Shown: positions 1-7,754, counted from the first letter of the stretch. The stretch: DNA of 14,533 bases from a candidate division WOR-3 bacterium (GCA_037441285.1 JBBISL010000030.1:1-14533); one strand, 5' to 3'. A program made the numbers and translations. Notes: generated from the letters alone by a model not told the origin.

Positions 1-389
1 GAAATCCGGAAGAATAGAATGATGGTAAAAAGAATCGCCAGCCAGAGGATGACAATCTCAATGATTCCGGCAAGGGGTGAGCGTAAGCCAAAGAAGAGAA
101 ACGACCAGAGGACATTGAGCACCAACTGAATCAGGAAAACAAGTAGCGCCAGTTTTACACCCGGTGCGTTAAACCCCTTGCGCCAGACCAAAAACAGGGC
201 GATACCCATCAGGATAAAAAGTAAAGTCCATGCCGGTCCGAAGAGCCATCTCGGCGGATTGAAAGCCGGTTTATTTAAAGTCTGATACCAGTTAGGAATT
301 GCCGGCGAAGTGGCAATATTGCCGAGCGCGCCGGCTGCCAGAGGCAGGACAATGCTGATGACCAGTTTTACAATATCAGTTGCTTTCAT
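1..389 (-). CDS. tspO: TspO/MBR family tryptophan-rich sensory protein (3' end outside window)
   Basis: Not in the ORF track; translated by hand from ATG at 389 (GAGG upstream): MKATDIVKLVISIVLPLAAGALGNIATSPAIPNWYQTLNKPAFNPPRWLFGPAWTLLFILMGIALFLVW...QLVLNVLWSFLFFGLRSP. WY..L.KP.F.PP.W.FGP.W and LN..WS.LFFG are TspO hallmarks. Confidence 0.95.
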   Translation of the reverse strand, partial: MKATDIVKLVISIVLPLAAGALGNIATSPAIPNWYQTLNKPAFNPPRWLFGPAWTLLFILMGIALFLVWRKGFNAPGVKLALLVFLIQLVLNVLWSFLFFGLRSPLAGIIEIVILWLAILFTIILFFRI

Positions 390-414
390 CGCAACCTCGC
401 TTTCTTGTTGACTA

Positions 415-442
415 ATCCTAACCGAGTTCGCCCGCCAGTCAA
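415..442 (-). promoter_or_regulatory. Putative sigma70 promoter for tspO
   Basis: TTGACT (442-437), 16-nt spacer, TAGGAT (420-415), about 25 nt upstream of the tspO ATG. Confidence 0.4.
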
Positions 443-467
443 TCGGCTGCGCAACAATTTTCCCGGC

Positions 468-1277
468 TCAATGTTCAGTTAACCGGGCGGCAAGGTTACG
501 AAACAGTTCGGCAATGGCGCCTTTCGGGTCGGCAATTACGACCGCCCTGCCATCGTCGCCTGCTATCGCCACCGCGGGCACAAACGGTATCCGGGCAAGA
601 ATTGGCACCCCCATCTCCTGCGCCATTCGGTCCGCACCGCCTCGCGGGAAGAGTTCGGTCGCTTTACCGCAGTGCGGGCAGATAAAGGTGCTCATATTTT
701 CCACAATTCCCACAACCCGGAGCCCGACCAAACGAGCAAACTCTACTGCCCGCTGCGCATCCATTGCCGACACCGCCTGCGGCGTGGTCACAATCAGCGC
801 CTGTGCCCCGGGAATCATCTGCGCAACACTTAACGGTTCATCGCCCGTACCGGGTGGCGCATCAATTACCAGCCAGTCCAGTTCCCCCCAGTCAACATCG
901 GCAAGGAACTGCGTGATCGCCCGCATCTTCAGTGGTCCGCGCCAGACAACCGGCGCTCTGCCATCCGGCAAGAAGAACGCCATTGAGATAACCTTCAAGC
1001 CGGTGGGAGTAACGATTGGTTTGATTCTACCTTCCTCGGTTGTCTCAATTATCGGTTGCTCAACCCCAACCATCCTGGGCACATTTGGACCGTGGATGTC
1101 AACATCAAGAATGCCCACCCGCAGGTTTTTCTGTGCCAGCGCCAGCGCTAAATTGACCGCAACCGTGGTCTTGCCCACGCCGCCTTTGCCGCTGAACACC
1201 ATCAACCGATTGTGGATTTGCGCCAGGTTCTCTTTAATCCTTTGGTCAATCGCTTCCTGAGTTGTCTGTTGTTGCAT
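468..1277 (-). CDS. mrp: Mrp/NBP35 (ApbC-like) P-loop ATPase, Fe-S cluster carrier
   Basis: Deviant Walker A SGKGGVGKTT, LDVDIHGPNVP, WRGP, DAPPGTGDE, ENMS and CPHC motifs. ATG at 1277 (MQQQ), 1 nt after the upstream stop, is preferred over the 1310 start. Confidence 0.95.
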   Translation of the reverse strand: MQQQTTQEAIDQRIKENLAQIHNRLMVFSGKGGVGKTTVAVNLALALAQKNLRVGILDVDIHGPNVPRMVGVEQPIIETTEEGRIKPIVTPTGLKVISMAFFLPDGRAPVVWRGPLKMRAITQFLADVDWGELDWLVIDAPPGTGDEPLSVAQMIPGAQALIVTTPQAVSAMDAQRAVEFARLVGLRVVGIVENMSTFICPHCGKATELFPRGGADRMAQEMGVPILARIPFVPAVAIAGDDGRAVVIADPKGAIAELFRNLAARLTEH

Positions 1278-1278
1278 A

Positions 1279-1659
1279 TTACCCCTGATGTCCCGGACAA
1301 ACACCGGCAACTTCGCTCAGTTTGCCCGCAAGATAGTCCTGAACCGCATCTTCAACATCGGTCTCCCGGGTAATGAACAGCGGTTTGATGCCCTCAGCAA
1401 CAAGGTCGGCCAGCGCCCGTTGCCCCATTCCCCGGCAGATAACAACCTCACAATCCTTTAGCGCCTCAACAATCGCGGCGTGACCGTGATGTCGCTCGGT
1501 ACCGCATTCACCCCGACTGTGTCCGGTGAATTCGTTCGCCCGCACCGCACAGCGCCGATAACCCGAATCTTCAATTTCGCAGATGACAAACATCCGGCTC
1601 CTGCCAAAATGCCGGGCGATGTTTTTGCCGTCGTCCGATGCTATCGCTATCCGCTTCAC
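1279..1659 (-). CDS. NifB/NifX family (dinitrogenase FeMo-cofactor biosynthesis domain) protein
   Basis: KRIAIASDDG...RHFGRSRMF, His-rich loop (GHSRGECGTERHHGH), DCEVVICRGMGQRA, C-terminal CPGH. GTG start at 1659 with AAGGAG, GTGA overlap with the upstream stop. Confidence 0.9.
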   Translation of the reverse strand: MKRIAIASDDGKNIARHFGRSRMFVICEIEDSGYRRCAVRANEFTGHSRGECGTERHHGHAAIVEALKDCEVVICRGMGQRALADLVAEGIKPLFITRETDVEDAVQDYLAGKLSEVAGVCPGHQG

Positions 1660-2159
1660 TTTGACTCCTTTTCTTCGGTTTCTGAAACTTGAGAAGTTAC
1701 CTGCCTTGACCATCGGCACCTGCCCCAGCCTGGACCACGCCAGCCCCTTTCTTCGGGCGCCCGATGCAGGTTCCGGCTGGAACAGACAGGACAGCAACCT
1801 GGCCTCGGTTCACCATAAGGAACCTGCAAGGTATGTCCACACTTATAGCAAACAAAGGTCCTCTGGGGAACCACAATCATATTTCCTCCTTCGGTTTTAA
1901 TCTCTAAAGCCTTGCCTTCCACTAATGCCTCGGCAACTTTTCGGTGCGCCTGCTCAAGAATCCTGCCAAATGTTGGTCGGGACACATCCATCTTTGCTGC
2001 CGCCTCCTCCTGATGCAAATTGAGCAGGTCCGCAAGCCGCAGCGCCTCCAGTTCATCCAGTTCCAAAACTACCGACTCTTCTACCGCTTTACCTGCCGGC
2101 TGAAAACACCGGCACTCCGGCAACCAGCCAATGCGTCGCCAACATCTTGGTCTTGGCAT
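1656..2159 (-). CDS. DUF134 (UPF0251) HTH protein with C-terminal Zn-ribbon-like extension
   Basis: MPRPR...ELEALRLADLLNLHQEEAAAKMDVSRPTFGRILEQAHRKVAEALVEGKAL is the DUF134 pattern, followed by CYKCGH...CCPVCSS. Confidence 0.92.
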   Translation of the reverse strand: MPRPRCWRRIGWLPECRCFQPAGKAVEESVVLELDELEALRLADLLNLHQEEAAAKMDVSRPTFGRILEQAHRKVAEALVEGKALEIKTEGGNMIVVPQRTFVCYKCGHTLQVPYGEPRPGCCPVCSSRNLHRAPEERGWRGPGWGRCRWSRQVTSQVSETEEKESK

Positions 2160-2165
2160 AGATTA

Positions 2166-2194
2166 ATTATAAGCATATGCTCATAACCTGTCAA
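2166..2194 (-). promoter_or_regulatory. Consensus sigma70 promoter of the DUF134 operon with overlapping 20-bp palindrome
   Basis: TTGACA (2194-2189), 17 nt, TATAAT (2171-2166), then 6 nt to the ATG at 2159. Palindrome TTATAAGCAT/ATGCTCATAA at 2167-2186 (9/10 arm match). Confidence 0.85.
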
Positions 2195-2220
2195 GCAAAT
2201 TCGCGGGTAGGGTGTTCGGT

Positions 2221-2249
2221 TTGACATACTGTTAGATTGTTGATATAAC
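2221..2249 (+). promoter_or_regulatory. Putative sigma70 promoter for the 2269 lipoprotein gene
   Basis: TTGACA (2221-2226), 17 nt, TATAAC (2244-2249) with TGn extension; divergent from the DUF134 promoter. Confidence 0.6.
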
Positions 2250-2268
2250 AATTAACAAAGTAGCAAAT

Positions 2269-2835
2269 ATGAAGCGAATTACTCGTTTCGGCAATTGGAT
2301 TTTGCCTGTAGCCTTAACGCTGGTTTTTTTACTGGCGTGTAGCCTTATCCCCACAAATCGCTACGAATACTGGAAAGGAGACATTCCTAACTCTTATTAC
2401 TGTTTGAATATGTGGGGAGAACGGGCATTGAAGGTCACCGGCAAACCCTTTATGTGCATAAAGTACAACCCGGTCAACCATGAGATTCTGGATGTTGAAT
2501 TTGGGTTGAGCGAAGTCGTCCAGGAGCATTTGCCCACACCAAGCGGTGACCCGGCAGCGCCCGAACCAACCCTTGCGGCCGAAAATATCTCTTATTATAA
2601 AAAACTGAATCTAAAATCGCCCGTTGTAGTACTCCTCAACTGGCCCGTGGCTACCGCTAATGGTGTGATAACAAATGGCGTCCAGAGTTTTAAGGTGGAG
2701 CACACAATGCCCCGCGAGGAGTACAACTTCACCTATACATCATCGCAGCTGGAAGGTGATGTCAAAAACCTTGATGATGCAACTTTTCTTGGTCGTGAGT
2801 CAGAAATAAATGCGTTTAAACTCCTGAAACATTAG
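2269..2835 (+). CDS. Hypothetical lipoprotein
   Basis: 188-aa ORF filling the gap. Basic N-terminus, hydrophobic stretch, lipobox-like LLAC, promoter upstream. No family recognised. Confidence 0.7.
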   Translation: MKRITRFGNWILPVALTLVFLLACSLIPTNRYEYWKGDIPNSYYCLNMWGERALKVTGKPFMCIKYNPVNHEILDVEFGLSEVVQEHLPTPSGDPAAPEPTLAAENISYYKKLNLKSPVVVLLNWPVATANGVITNGVQSFKVEHTMPREEYNFTYTSSQLEGDVKNLDDATFLGRESEINAFKLLKH

Positions 2836-2879
2836 AAATAATCAGTTAATTTTTGTTCTAAACCAGTAACCCTTGCCGA

Positions 2880-3002
2880 TTACTTCACGCAGGGGTGATT
2901 TTTAGTTGTGCCGTGGCACTTGCGAACCTGTTCGGGTGAGCACTCTTCCGGCTTACCTTTCAGGTTTTCCGGCTTCTGGCACTTCGACTTTTCCGCACAC
3001 AT
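2880..3002 (-). CDS. 40-aa Cys/His-rich small protein
   Basis: AAGGAGG (3015-3009) 6 nt before ATG 3002. MCAEKSKCQKPENLKGKPEECSPEQVRKCHGTTKNHPCVK; overlaps the arsR 3' end by 43 nt. Confidence 0.75.
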   Translation of the reverse strand: MCAEKSKCQKPENLKGKPEECSPEQVRKCHGTTKNHPCVK

Positions 3003-3298
3003 CTTTCGCCTCCTTTTCCTTTCAACAAACCCTGTAATACCGATTTGAGGTAGTGAGCGGCTCCGGATGCGATTGTGTAGTGAACATAGTAGCCGCGGCG
3101 CTCGGCATTCACCAGTCCGACCGACTTCAAAACCCGCAGATGCTGGGAAACCGCACCGGGCGATATGCCGGTCAACTCTGCCAGTGCATTGACGCAAAGC
3201 GTATTCCCGGTTAAAAGTTGCACAATTTGCAACCGGCTCTCGGCACCTAACGCCGCAAACAGCGCCGCTGCCCTTTTCCGGTCATCTTTATTATTCAC
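2960..3298 (-). CDS. ArsR/SmtB family transcriptional regulator (ArsR-1)
   Basis: LFAALGAESRLQIVQLL...LCVNALAELTGISPGAVSQHLRVLKSVGLVNAERRGYYVHY winged HTH; GTG start. Confidence 0.93.
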   Translation of the reverse strand: MNNKDDRKRAAALFAALGAESRLQIVQLLTGNTLCVNALAELTGISPGAVSQHLRVLKSVGLVNAERRGYYVHYTIASGAAHYLKSVLQGLLKGKGGERCVRKSRSARSRKT

Positions 3299-3300
3299 AA

Positions 3301-3332
3301 TTTTAGTATATACTAAAAACCAATAAAGTCAA
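3301..3332 (-). promoter_or_regulatory. ArsR-1 promoter with perfect 18-bp palindrome (candidate operator)
   Basis: TTGACT (3332-3327), 16 nt, TATACT (3310-3305), then 6 nt to the GTG. TTTTAGTAT/ATACTAAAA at 3301-3318 covers the -10 box. Confidence 0.75.
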
Positions 3333-3400
3333 ATACTTTATGCAACCAGTGTGCTCGTTTACTATAAGGACGACATAAGCAGGTTTGCAAAATTTGCCGC

Positions 3401-5917
3401 TTATTGGCTGACGGCCAGTTTTCTTTGTAAGACATCAACACCGGTGTTGAGAACCACAAAGTAAACCCCGTTGTTTACCAAACGACCGTTTGGTGAATCT
3501 CCCTGCCAGGTGAACTCATATTGACCCGGACCAAGGTATTGATTGCAAAGATTCTGGACCTTTCTACCCAAAGCATCATAGATGGCAAGACTGATATCAG
3601 CATTTTCAGGAAGAACAAATCGGATACGGGTCTGGCGATTGAAGACACTGGGTTGAACCTGTAAATCGGTGACTCTGCTCCTCTCAATTTTCCCCTCATC
3701 GGTTCCCACCATCCAGATTGAGCCGGCAAAGACGCCGTTACCCATAGTGCCAGCATACAAGAGTTGCGGGTTGTACAGGTCAAAGGCGAGATAATATACC
3801 CGCAGATTCACCAGCCCCTGGTTTGCCTCATACCAGGTTTCACCCTGGTCCGTGGAAAGATAAACACCCCAGCCAGTACCGGAGTCATGTTCTGCCCAGT
3901 CAAGTGTACCCAGTGCCACCAGATTGGTATCAAACGGGCTAAAGGCAATGGTCCGGACGCAGGGACGATAGCCATCAATCTGGAACCGGGGTAATGTGTC
4001 CCAGGTCATTCCGCCATCAAATGAGCGGTAAACACCACCGAAACTTGAAGCCCGTGCCATCAGAAAAACCGCACCGTTGAGCGGAGAAACCGCTACTCCC
4101 CAGGTTTCAAGACTCCGGGGCAAAGGCAGTTCAAACCAGTTGTCACCGCCATCGGTGGTTTTGTAAATCTTTTTTCTTTTGGGCAGGCAGAGATAAAGGG
4201 TGTTTGGCTCATTAAGTGCCATCGCCATCATCTGCGGATGGCTGTGACTGAATGAGTCACTGCCGATTGTGATGTTCAAACCGTTGTCCTTGCGCTCCCA
4301 GTTCACGCCGCCATCGGTTGATTTATACACACCATATCCTGTCACCCAGACATAAAGGACCGTGGAATCTTCAGTACTGTTCGGGTCAATCAGGATTGCG
4401 GTTTTGTGTGCGGTATCCGGCAGTCCGGAAAGCAAGGTCCAGGTTGCACCGGCATCGGTGGAGCGCCAGAGTTTGCCGTAAACCTCGGTCCAGGGTCCGG
4501 TGCCGACATAGAGTATGTTGTGATTGGCAGGATGAATGGCAAGGCTGTAGGTAGTGTTGCCATAGGGACGCATCGGCTCAAAAATATACTGGAATGAAGC
4601 ACCCCGCTCGGTAGACTTCAAGAGTCCGACATCATGCATTGCGAAATAGATGACACTGGAGTCAACCGGGTCCGGAATTATCTGCTTGATACATGTGACC
4701 TCAAGACCGGTACCGCGCCAGTTACCATTGCCCAGCGATTCACTGTAACAGTAATTCCAGTTAGCACCAGCATCGGTTGATTTCATCACCGCATGGGAGT
4801 TGCAATAGAAGATTACCGCGGTGTCACTTTGGTCCAGTGCCAGACCATCAGGCGTATACCCCCAGAAGTAAATCCAGCCCTTCTGGACATTGGTATTAGT
4901 CGTTACCCGAAGCCAGTTTTGGCCGCGATTGGTGCTTTTGTAAACACCGCCCAGTCCGCCATAGCCATAAAGCGCACCGGCATAAAGCACATCCGGATTC
5001 TTATGGTTAACAACTATCCGCCGGAAGTTAATCCGCCAGGCGCCGGTGGTGCAGGGCTGCCACATTTCGCCATAATCGGTTGTCAACCAGATACCACTGC
5101 ACAACGAGTTGCGTTCAATATCTTTACTCGGACAGGTTGCCGCATAAACCCGGCCTGTATCAACCGGGTCAATGGCAATCTCCCGCACTACAACACTCTC
5201 GGGCATTGGTGGCAGGCCAGAATTTTTCAACTCCCAGGTTAATCCGGCATCGCTGCTGCGATAAATACCAAAATTGGTCCCGGCAAAAATCACATTTGAG
5301 TTGTGCGGGTCAACCGCAAGAGAATAGAACATCGCGGTGGTATCAATACCGGTTGTTTCTCTTAGCATCTGCCAAGTTTCACCTTCATCGGTGCTCTTGA
5401 AAACCGCGCCTTTGGTCGGAACCTTTTTCCATTTAAGGGTCTCCGCATCTGTTACCCGGGGCATACCGATTCCGGCATAAAGTATATTGGGATTTGTTGG
5501 GTCAAAGGTCAGTGCGCCAATCGGGGCGGTATAATTGGAACGGCTCGGCGCCGGAAAACCGTCCCGTTTGTGCACCCAGGTTTCACCGCCATCGGTTGAT
5601 TTATGAATACCACCCCAGGTGCCAAGATAAATCACATTCGGGTTTTGTGGATGGGGCACAATCTTTTCCACATAGTAGTCAGTCAAACCGTTGTTGAGTA
5701 TCCGCCAGGATGAACCGTAATCGGTTGACTTATAAAACCCGCCCACATCCGAACCAACATAAACGGTGCCCGGGTTCAGGGTGTCAATAGTAATGGTGGT
5801 AAACCAGCCACCGCCTCCCATCCCGATTGAACGCCATTCTATTGCCGGCTGCGCCCAGGTCACAGTAAGGAAAATTCCGATAATAACAATCTGCCACTTA
5901 TATCTTATACTGCCCAT
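3401..5917 (-). CDS. Secreted Asp-box (BNR) beta-propeller protein, GH74/VPS10-like, with FlgD-Ig/T9SS-type C-terminal domain
   Basis: TAAGGAGG before ATG 5917; signal peptide; 13 S/T-x-D-x-G-x-x-W type Asp-boxes; C-terminus IYDALGRKV...FTWQG...NGVYFVVL...RKL. Confidence 0.88.
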   Translation of the reverse strand: MGSIRYKWQIVIIGIFLTVTWAQPAIEWRSIGMGGGGWFTTITIDTLNPGTVYVGSDVGGFYKSTDYGSSWRILNNGLTDYYVEKIVPHPQNPNVIYLGTWGGIHKSTDGGETWVHKRDGFPAPSRSNYTAPIGALTFDPTNPNILYAGIGMPRVTDAETLKWKKVPTKGAVFKSTDEGETWQMLRETTGIDTTAMFYSLAVDPHNSNVIFAGTNFGIYRSSDAGLTWELKNSGLPPMPESVVVREIAIDPVDTGRVYAATCPSKDIERNSLCSGIWLTTDYGEMWQPCTTGAWRINFRRIVVNHKNPDVLYAGALYGYGGLGGVYKSTNRGQNWLRVTTNTNVQKGWIYFWGYTPDGLALDQSDTAVIFYCNSHAVMKSTDAGANWNYCYSESLGNGNWRGTGLEVTCIKQIIPDPVDSSVIYFAMHDVGLLKSTERGASFQYIFEPMRPYGNTTYSLAIHPANHNILYVGTGPWTEVYGKLWRSTDAGATWTLLSGLPDTAHKTAILIDPNSTEDSTVLYVWVTGYGVYKSTDGGVNWERKDNGLNITIGSDSFSHSHPQMMAMALNEPNTLYLCLPKRKKIYKTTDGGDNWFELPLPRSLETWGVAVSPLNGAVFLMARASSFGGVYRSFDGGMTWDTLPRFQIDGYRPCVRTIAFSPFDTNLVALGTLDWAEHDSGTGWGVYLSTDQGETWYEANQGLVNLRVYYLAFDLYNPQLLYAGTMGNGVFAGSIWMVGTDEGKIERSRVTDLQVQPSVFNRQTRIRFVLPENADISLAIYDALGRKVQNLCNQYLGPGQYEFTWQGDSPNGRLVNNGVYFVVLNTGVDVLQRKLAVSQ

Positions 5918-5948
5918 ACTTTCCTCCTTAGGGTACACACCTGCCTCT

Positions 5949-6209
5949 TTATAATTGTAGTATAAGGTAACCTAAAAAGTCAACCTTTTTACGCACCCGG
6001 CAGAAGAGCCGCTGGATAAGCGTCCTGCCTTTGAGAATCAGAAACGAGCCGAGTGCACCGAACAAGGCGGCGATGCCCAAACCAACCGGACAACCTGGCT
6101 TGCCACAGCACGGGCAGGTGTTACCCATCGCCCCATAGGTGCCGCCAATCCCAGCCCAAAGCCCGAAAAACCGGAAGATACCGCCCAAGCGGCGGAAGAT
6201 GTTTCTCAA
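5949..6209 (-). CDS. Small membrane protein with CPCCGxPGCP motif
   Basis: Two hydrophobic segments flank TCPCCGKPGCPVG; it lies directly downstream of the small thioredoxin. Start uncertain (TTG 6209, preceded in frame by ATG-CGA-TAA). Confidence 0.7.
   Translation of the reverse strand: MRNIFRRLGGIFRFFGLWAGIGGTYGAMGNTCPCCGKPGCPVGLGIAALFGALGSFLILKGRTLIQRLFCRVRKKVDFLGYLILQL
5954..5983 (-). promoter_or_regulatory. Putative promoter for the Asp-box protein gene
   Basis: TTGACT (5983-5978), 18 nt, TACAAT (5959-5954), inside the AT-rich tail of the upstream small ORF. Confidence 0.4.
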
Positions 6210-6219
6210 TTATCGCATC

Positions 6220-6456
6220 CTATTTACCGGTAAGCAGTTTTTTCAATTCCTCCTTGGATGGAATTTTCCCCTGACTTACCACTTTACCGTCAATCGCCAG
6301 ACCCGGGGTCATAAACACACCCATTGCCGCAAACTTTTTGATGTCGGTAACCTTTTCCACATTGGCAGCGATTTGCAGCTCTGCGAGGGTGTCAATCACC
6401 CGTTTTTCCAGTTCCTGACAGCGGGGACAACCGATACCAAGAATCTGAATGTTCAT
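6220..6456 (-). CDS. Small redox-active disulfide protein (MTH895-type thioredoxin family)
   Basis: IQILGIGCPRCQEL...VEKVTD...GVFMTPGLAIDGKVVSQGKIP; AAGGAGGAG ribosome-binding site. Confidence 0.93.
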   Translation of the reverse strand: MNIQILGIGCPRCQELEKRVIDTLAELQIAANVEKVTDIKKFAAMGVFMTPGLAIDGKVVSQGKIPSKEELKKLLTGK

Positions 6457-6457
6457 T

Positions 6458-6853
6458 TTACTCCTCCTTTTTGATTTTGGCTAAAAGTTCAATAACCCTT
6501 TCTCTGATAATCTCTCTAACCCGACGGAACTCATCAAGCGCTTTGCCCTTTGGGTCCGGGATGTTCCATTCTACCCTTTTGACGCCCGGGATATGCGGGC
6601 ATTCCACCTCACAACCCATCGTCACCAGATAATCAAACCTTAAATCGGGCAGGTCGGCAAAACCTTTAGGCTTTGCTTTTGATATATCAATACCCAACTC
6701 CTGCATCACCCTGATGGCCTCAGTAGAAACCGCCTCTTCGGGCTTAGTTCCCGCCGATGCACAGTCAACATCACTACTCAGAACCCGGCAGAACGCCTCT
6801 GCCATCTGGCTCCGGCAGGAGTTACCAACACAGGCAAAGAGAATCTTAATCAT
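6458..6853 (-). CDS. arsC: Arsenate reductase, LMW-PTPase (thioredoxin-coupled) family
   Basis: P-loop ILFACVGNSCRSQMAEAF, SAGT, distal Cys pair VTMGCEVECP, WNIPDPKG. ATG 6853 overlaps the USP stop. Confidence 0.88.
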   Translation of the reverse strand: MIKILFACVGNSCRSQMAEAFCRVLSSDVDCASAGTKPEEAVSTEAIRVMQELGIDISKAKPKGFADLPDLRFDYLVTMGCEVECPHIPGVKRVEWNIPDPKGKALDEFRRVREIIRERVIELLAKIKKEE

Positions 6854-7742
6854 TACCTTCAATTTTAGCCGGAGAAACACCGGGGGATACCAATAACACC
6901 GCGGCGGATGAATGCCGGGCGACGAAATGGCTGATACTACCTAAAAACAGTTCGCCAGCAAAACCTCTTCCCCGGGTGCCCATCACGACAAATGAAACAT
7001 TGCCGGCTTGAATTCGATTGAGAATCTCCCGGCCAACAGAACCATAAACCACCTCAATTTGAATCTCGGCGCTGCCTTTTGCCTTCAAACGGTCACGCAA
7101 TCGTTCCAGCCGGGCGGTGTCAATGGCGTTAAACTCATCCAGCCGGTCTTTGAGATACTCTCCCACCACCTGGTCCTGGATATGAAGCAAGGTTACACGC
7201 TTTGCCCCGGACTCGACGATTTTCTCAAGGGAGGTGAAGGCGTGTTCCGCATTATCCGAGAAGTCGGTGGGATACAGAATATGACCGAGCGGGTCACAGA
7301 CTGGTTGTTCGGTGACCGCCGTATCACCTTCGGTGCGAAACCGCATCCGAACCAGAAGCACCGGTCGGGTGGCATTATGAAAAACCGCGCTGGCGGTCCC
7401 GCCCAAAACAATTTCTTTTGCCAATGAGTAGCCATGCGAGCCAAGAACAATTATTGAACACCCTTTTTCCTCTGCTGCCCGGTTAATCTCAACCGGCGGC
7501 AGCCCCAAACGAATCTTCGCAGTAGTCACAAAACCATTTGCCTGAAGCACCTGCCTTTGCTTTTCCAGTAAAGGCTGGATGAGTTTAGAAAGCGTACTGG
7601 CGAGACTGCCGACATCCCGGATATTCAAACAGTGAACCAGCACCACCTCGCTTGCCCCAAGACCTCGTAGCCCGGCAACCGCATTGAGCAGATGCTCGGA
7701 AACCGGAGAAAGGTCAGTTGCTACTAAAATTCGGCGAAACAT
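6846..7742 (-). CDS. Universal stress protein with tandem USP domains
   Basis: RILVATDLS...IVLGSHG...LGGTA...PVLLV and HILYPTDFS...VVMGTRGRG...LGSISHFVARHS..AVLLV. Confidence 0.93.
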   Translation of the reverse strand: MFRRILVATDLSPVSEHLLNAVAGLRGLGASEVVLVHCLNIRDVGSLASTLSKLIQPLLEKQRQVLQANGFVTTAKIRLGLPPVEINRAAEEKGCSIIVLGSHGYSLAKEIVLGGTASAVFHNATRPVLLVRMRFRTEGDTAVTEQPVCDPLGHILYPTDFSDNAEHAFTSLEKIVESGAKRVTLLHIQDQVVGEYLKDRLDEFNAIDTARLERLRDRLKAKGSAEIQIEVVYGSVGREILNRIQAGNVSFVVMGTRGRGFAGELFLGSISHFVARHSSAAVLLVSPGVSPAKIEGND

Positions 7743-7754
7743 TGACGACTCCTT

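Noticed and set aside
514..1260. 248-aa plus-strand ORF and other antisense ORFs (e.g. 4793-5242, 7008-7427, 8775-9185, 13815-14297)
   Set aside because: Shadow frames of well-supported minus-strand genes; no motifs or ribosome-binding sites.
1279..1659. Nitrogen fixation inferred from the NifB/NifX domain
   Set aside because: No nifHDK or nifEN in the window; this domain occurs widely with DUF134/Mrp in non-diazotrophs.
2880..3002. Cys-rich peptide as a RiPP (ranthipeptide/sactipeptide) precursor
   Set aside because: No radical SAM enzyme, peptidase or exporter nearby; the context points to metal binding.
2880..3197. 105-aa ORF as called in the track
   Set aside because: Its N-terminal part is an alternative frame inside arsR; the SD supports only the 40-aa product from ATG 3002.
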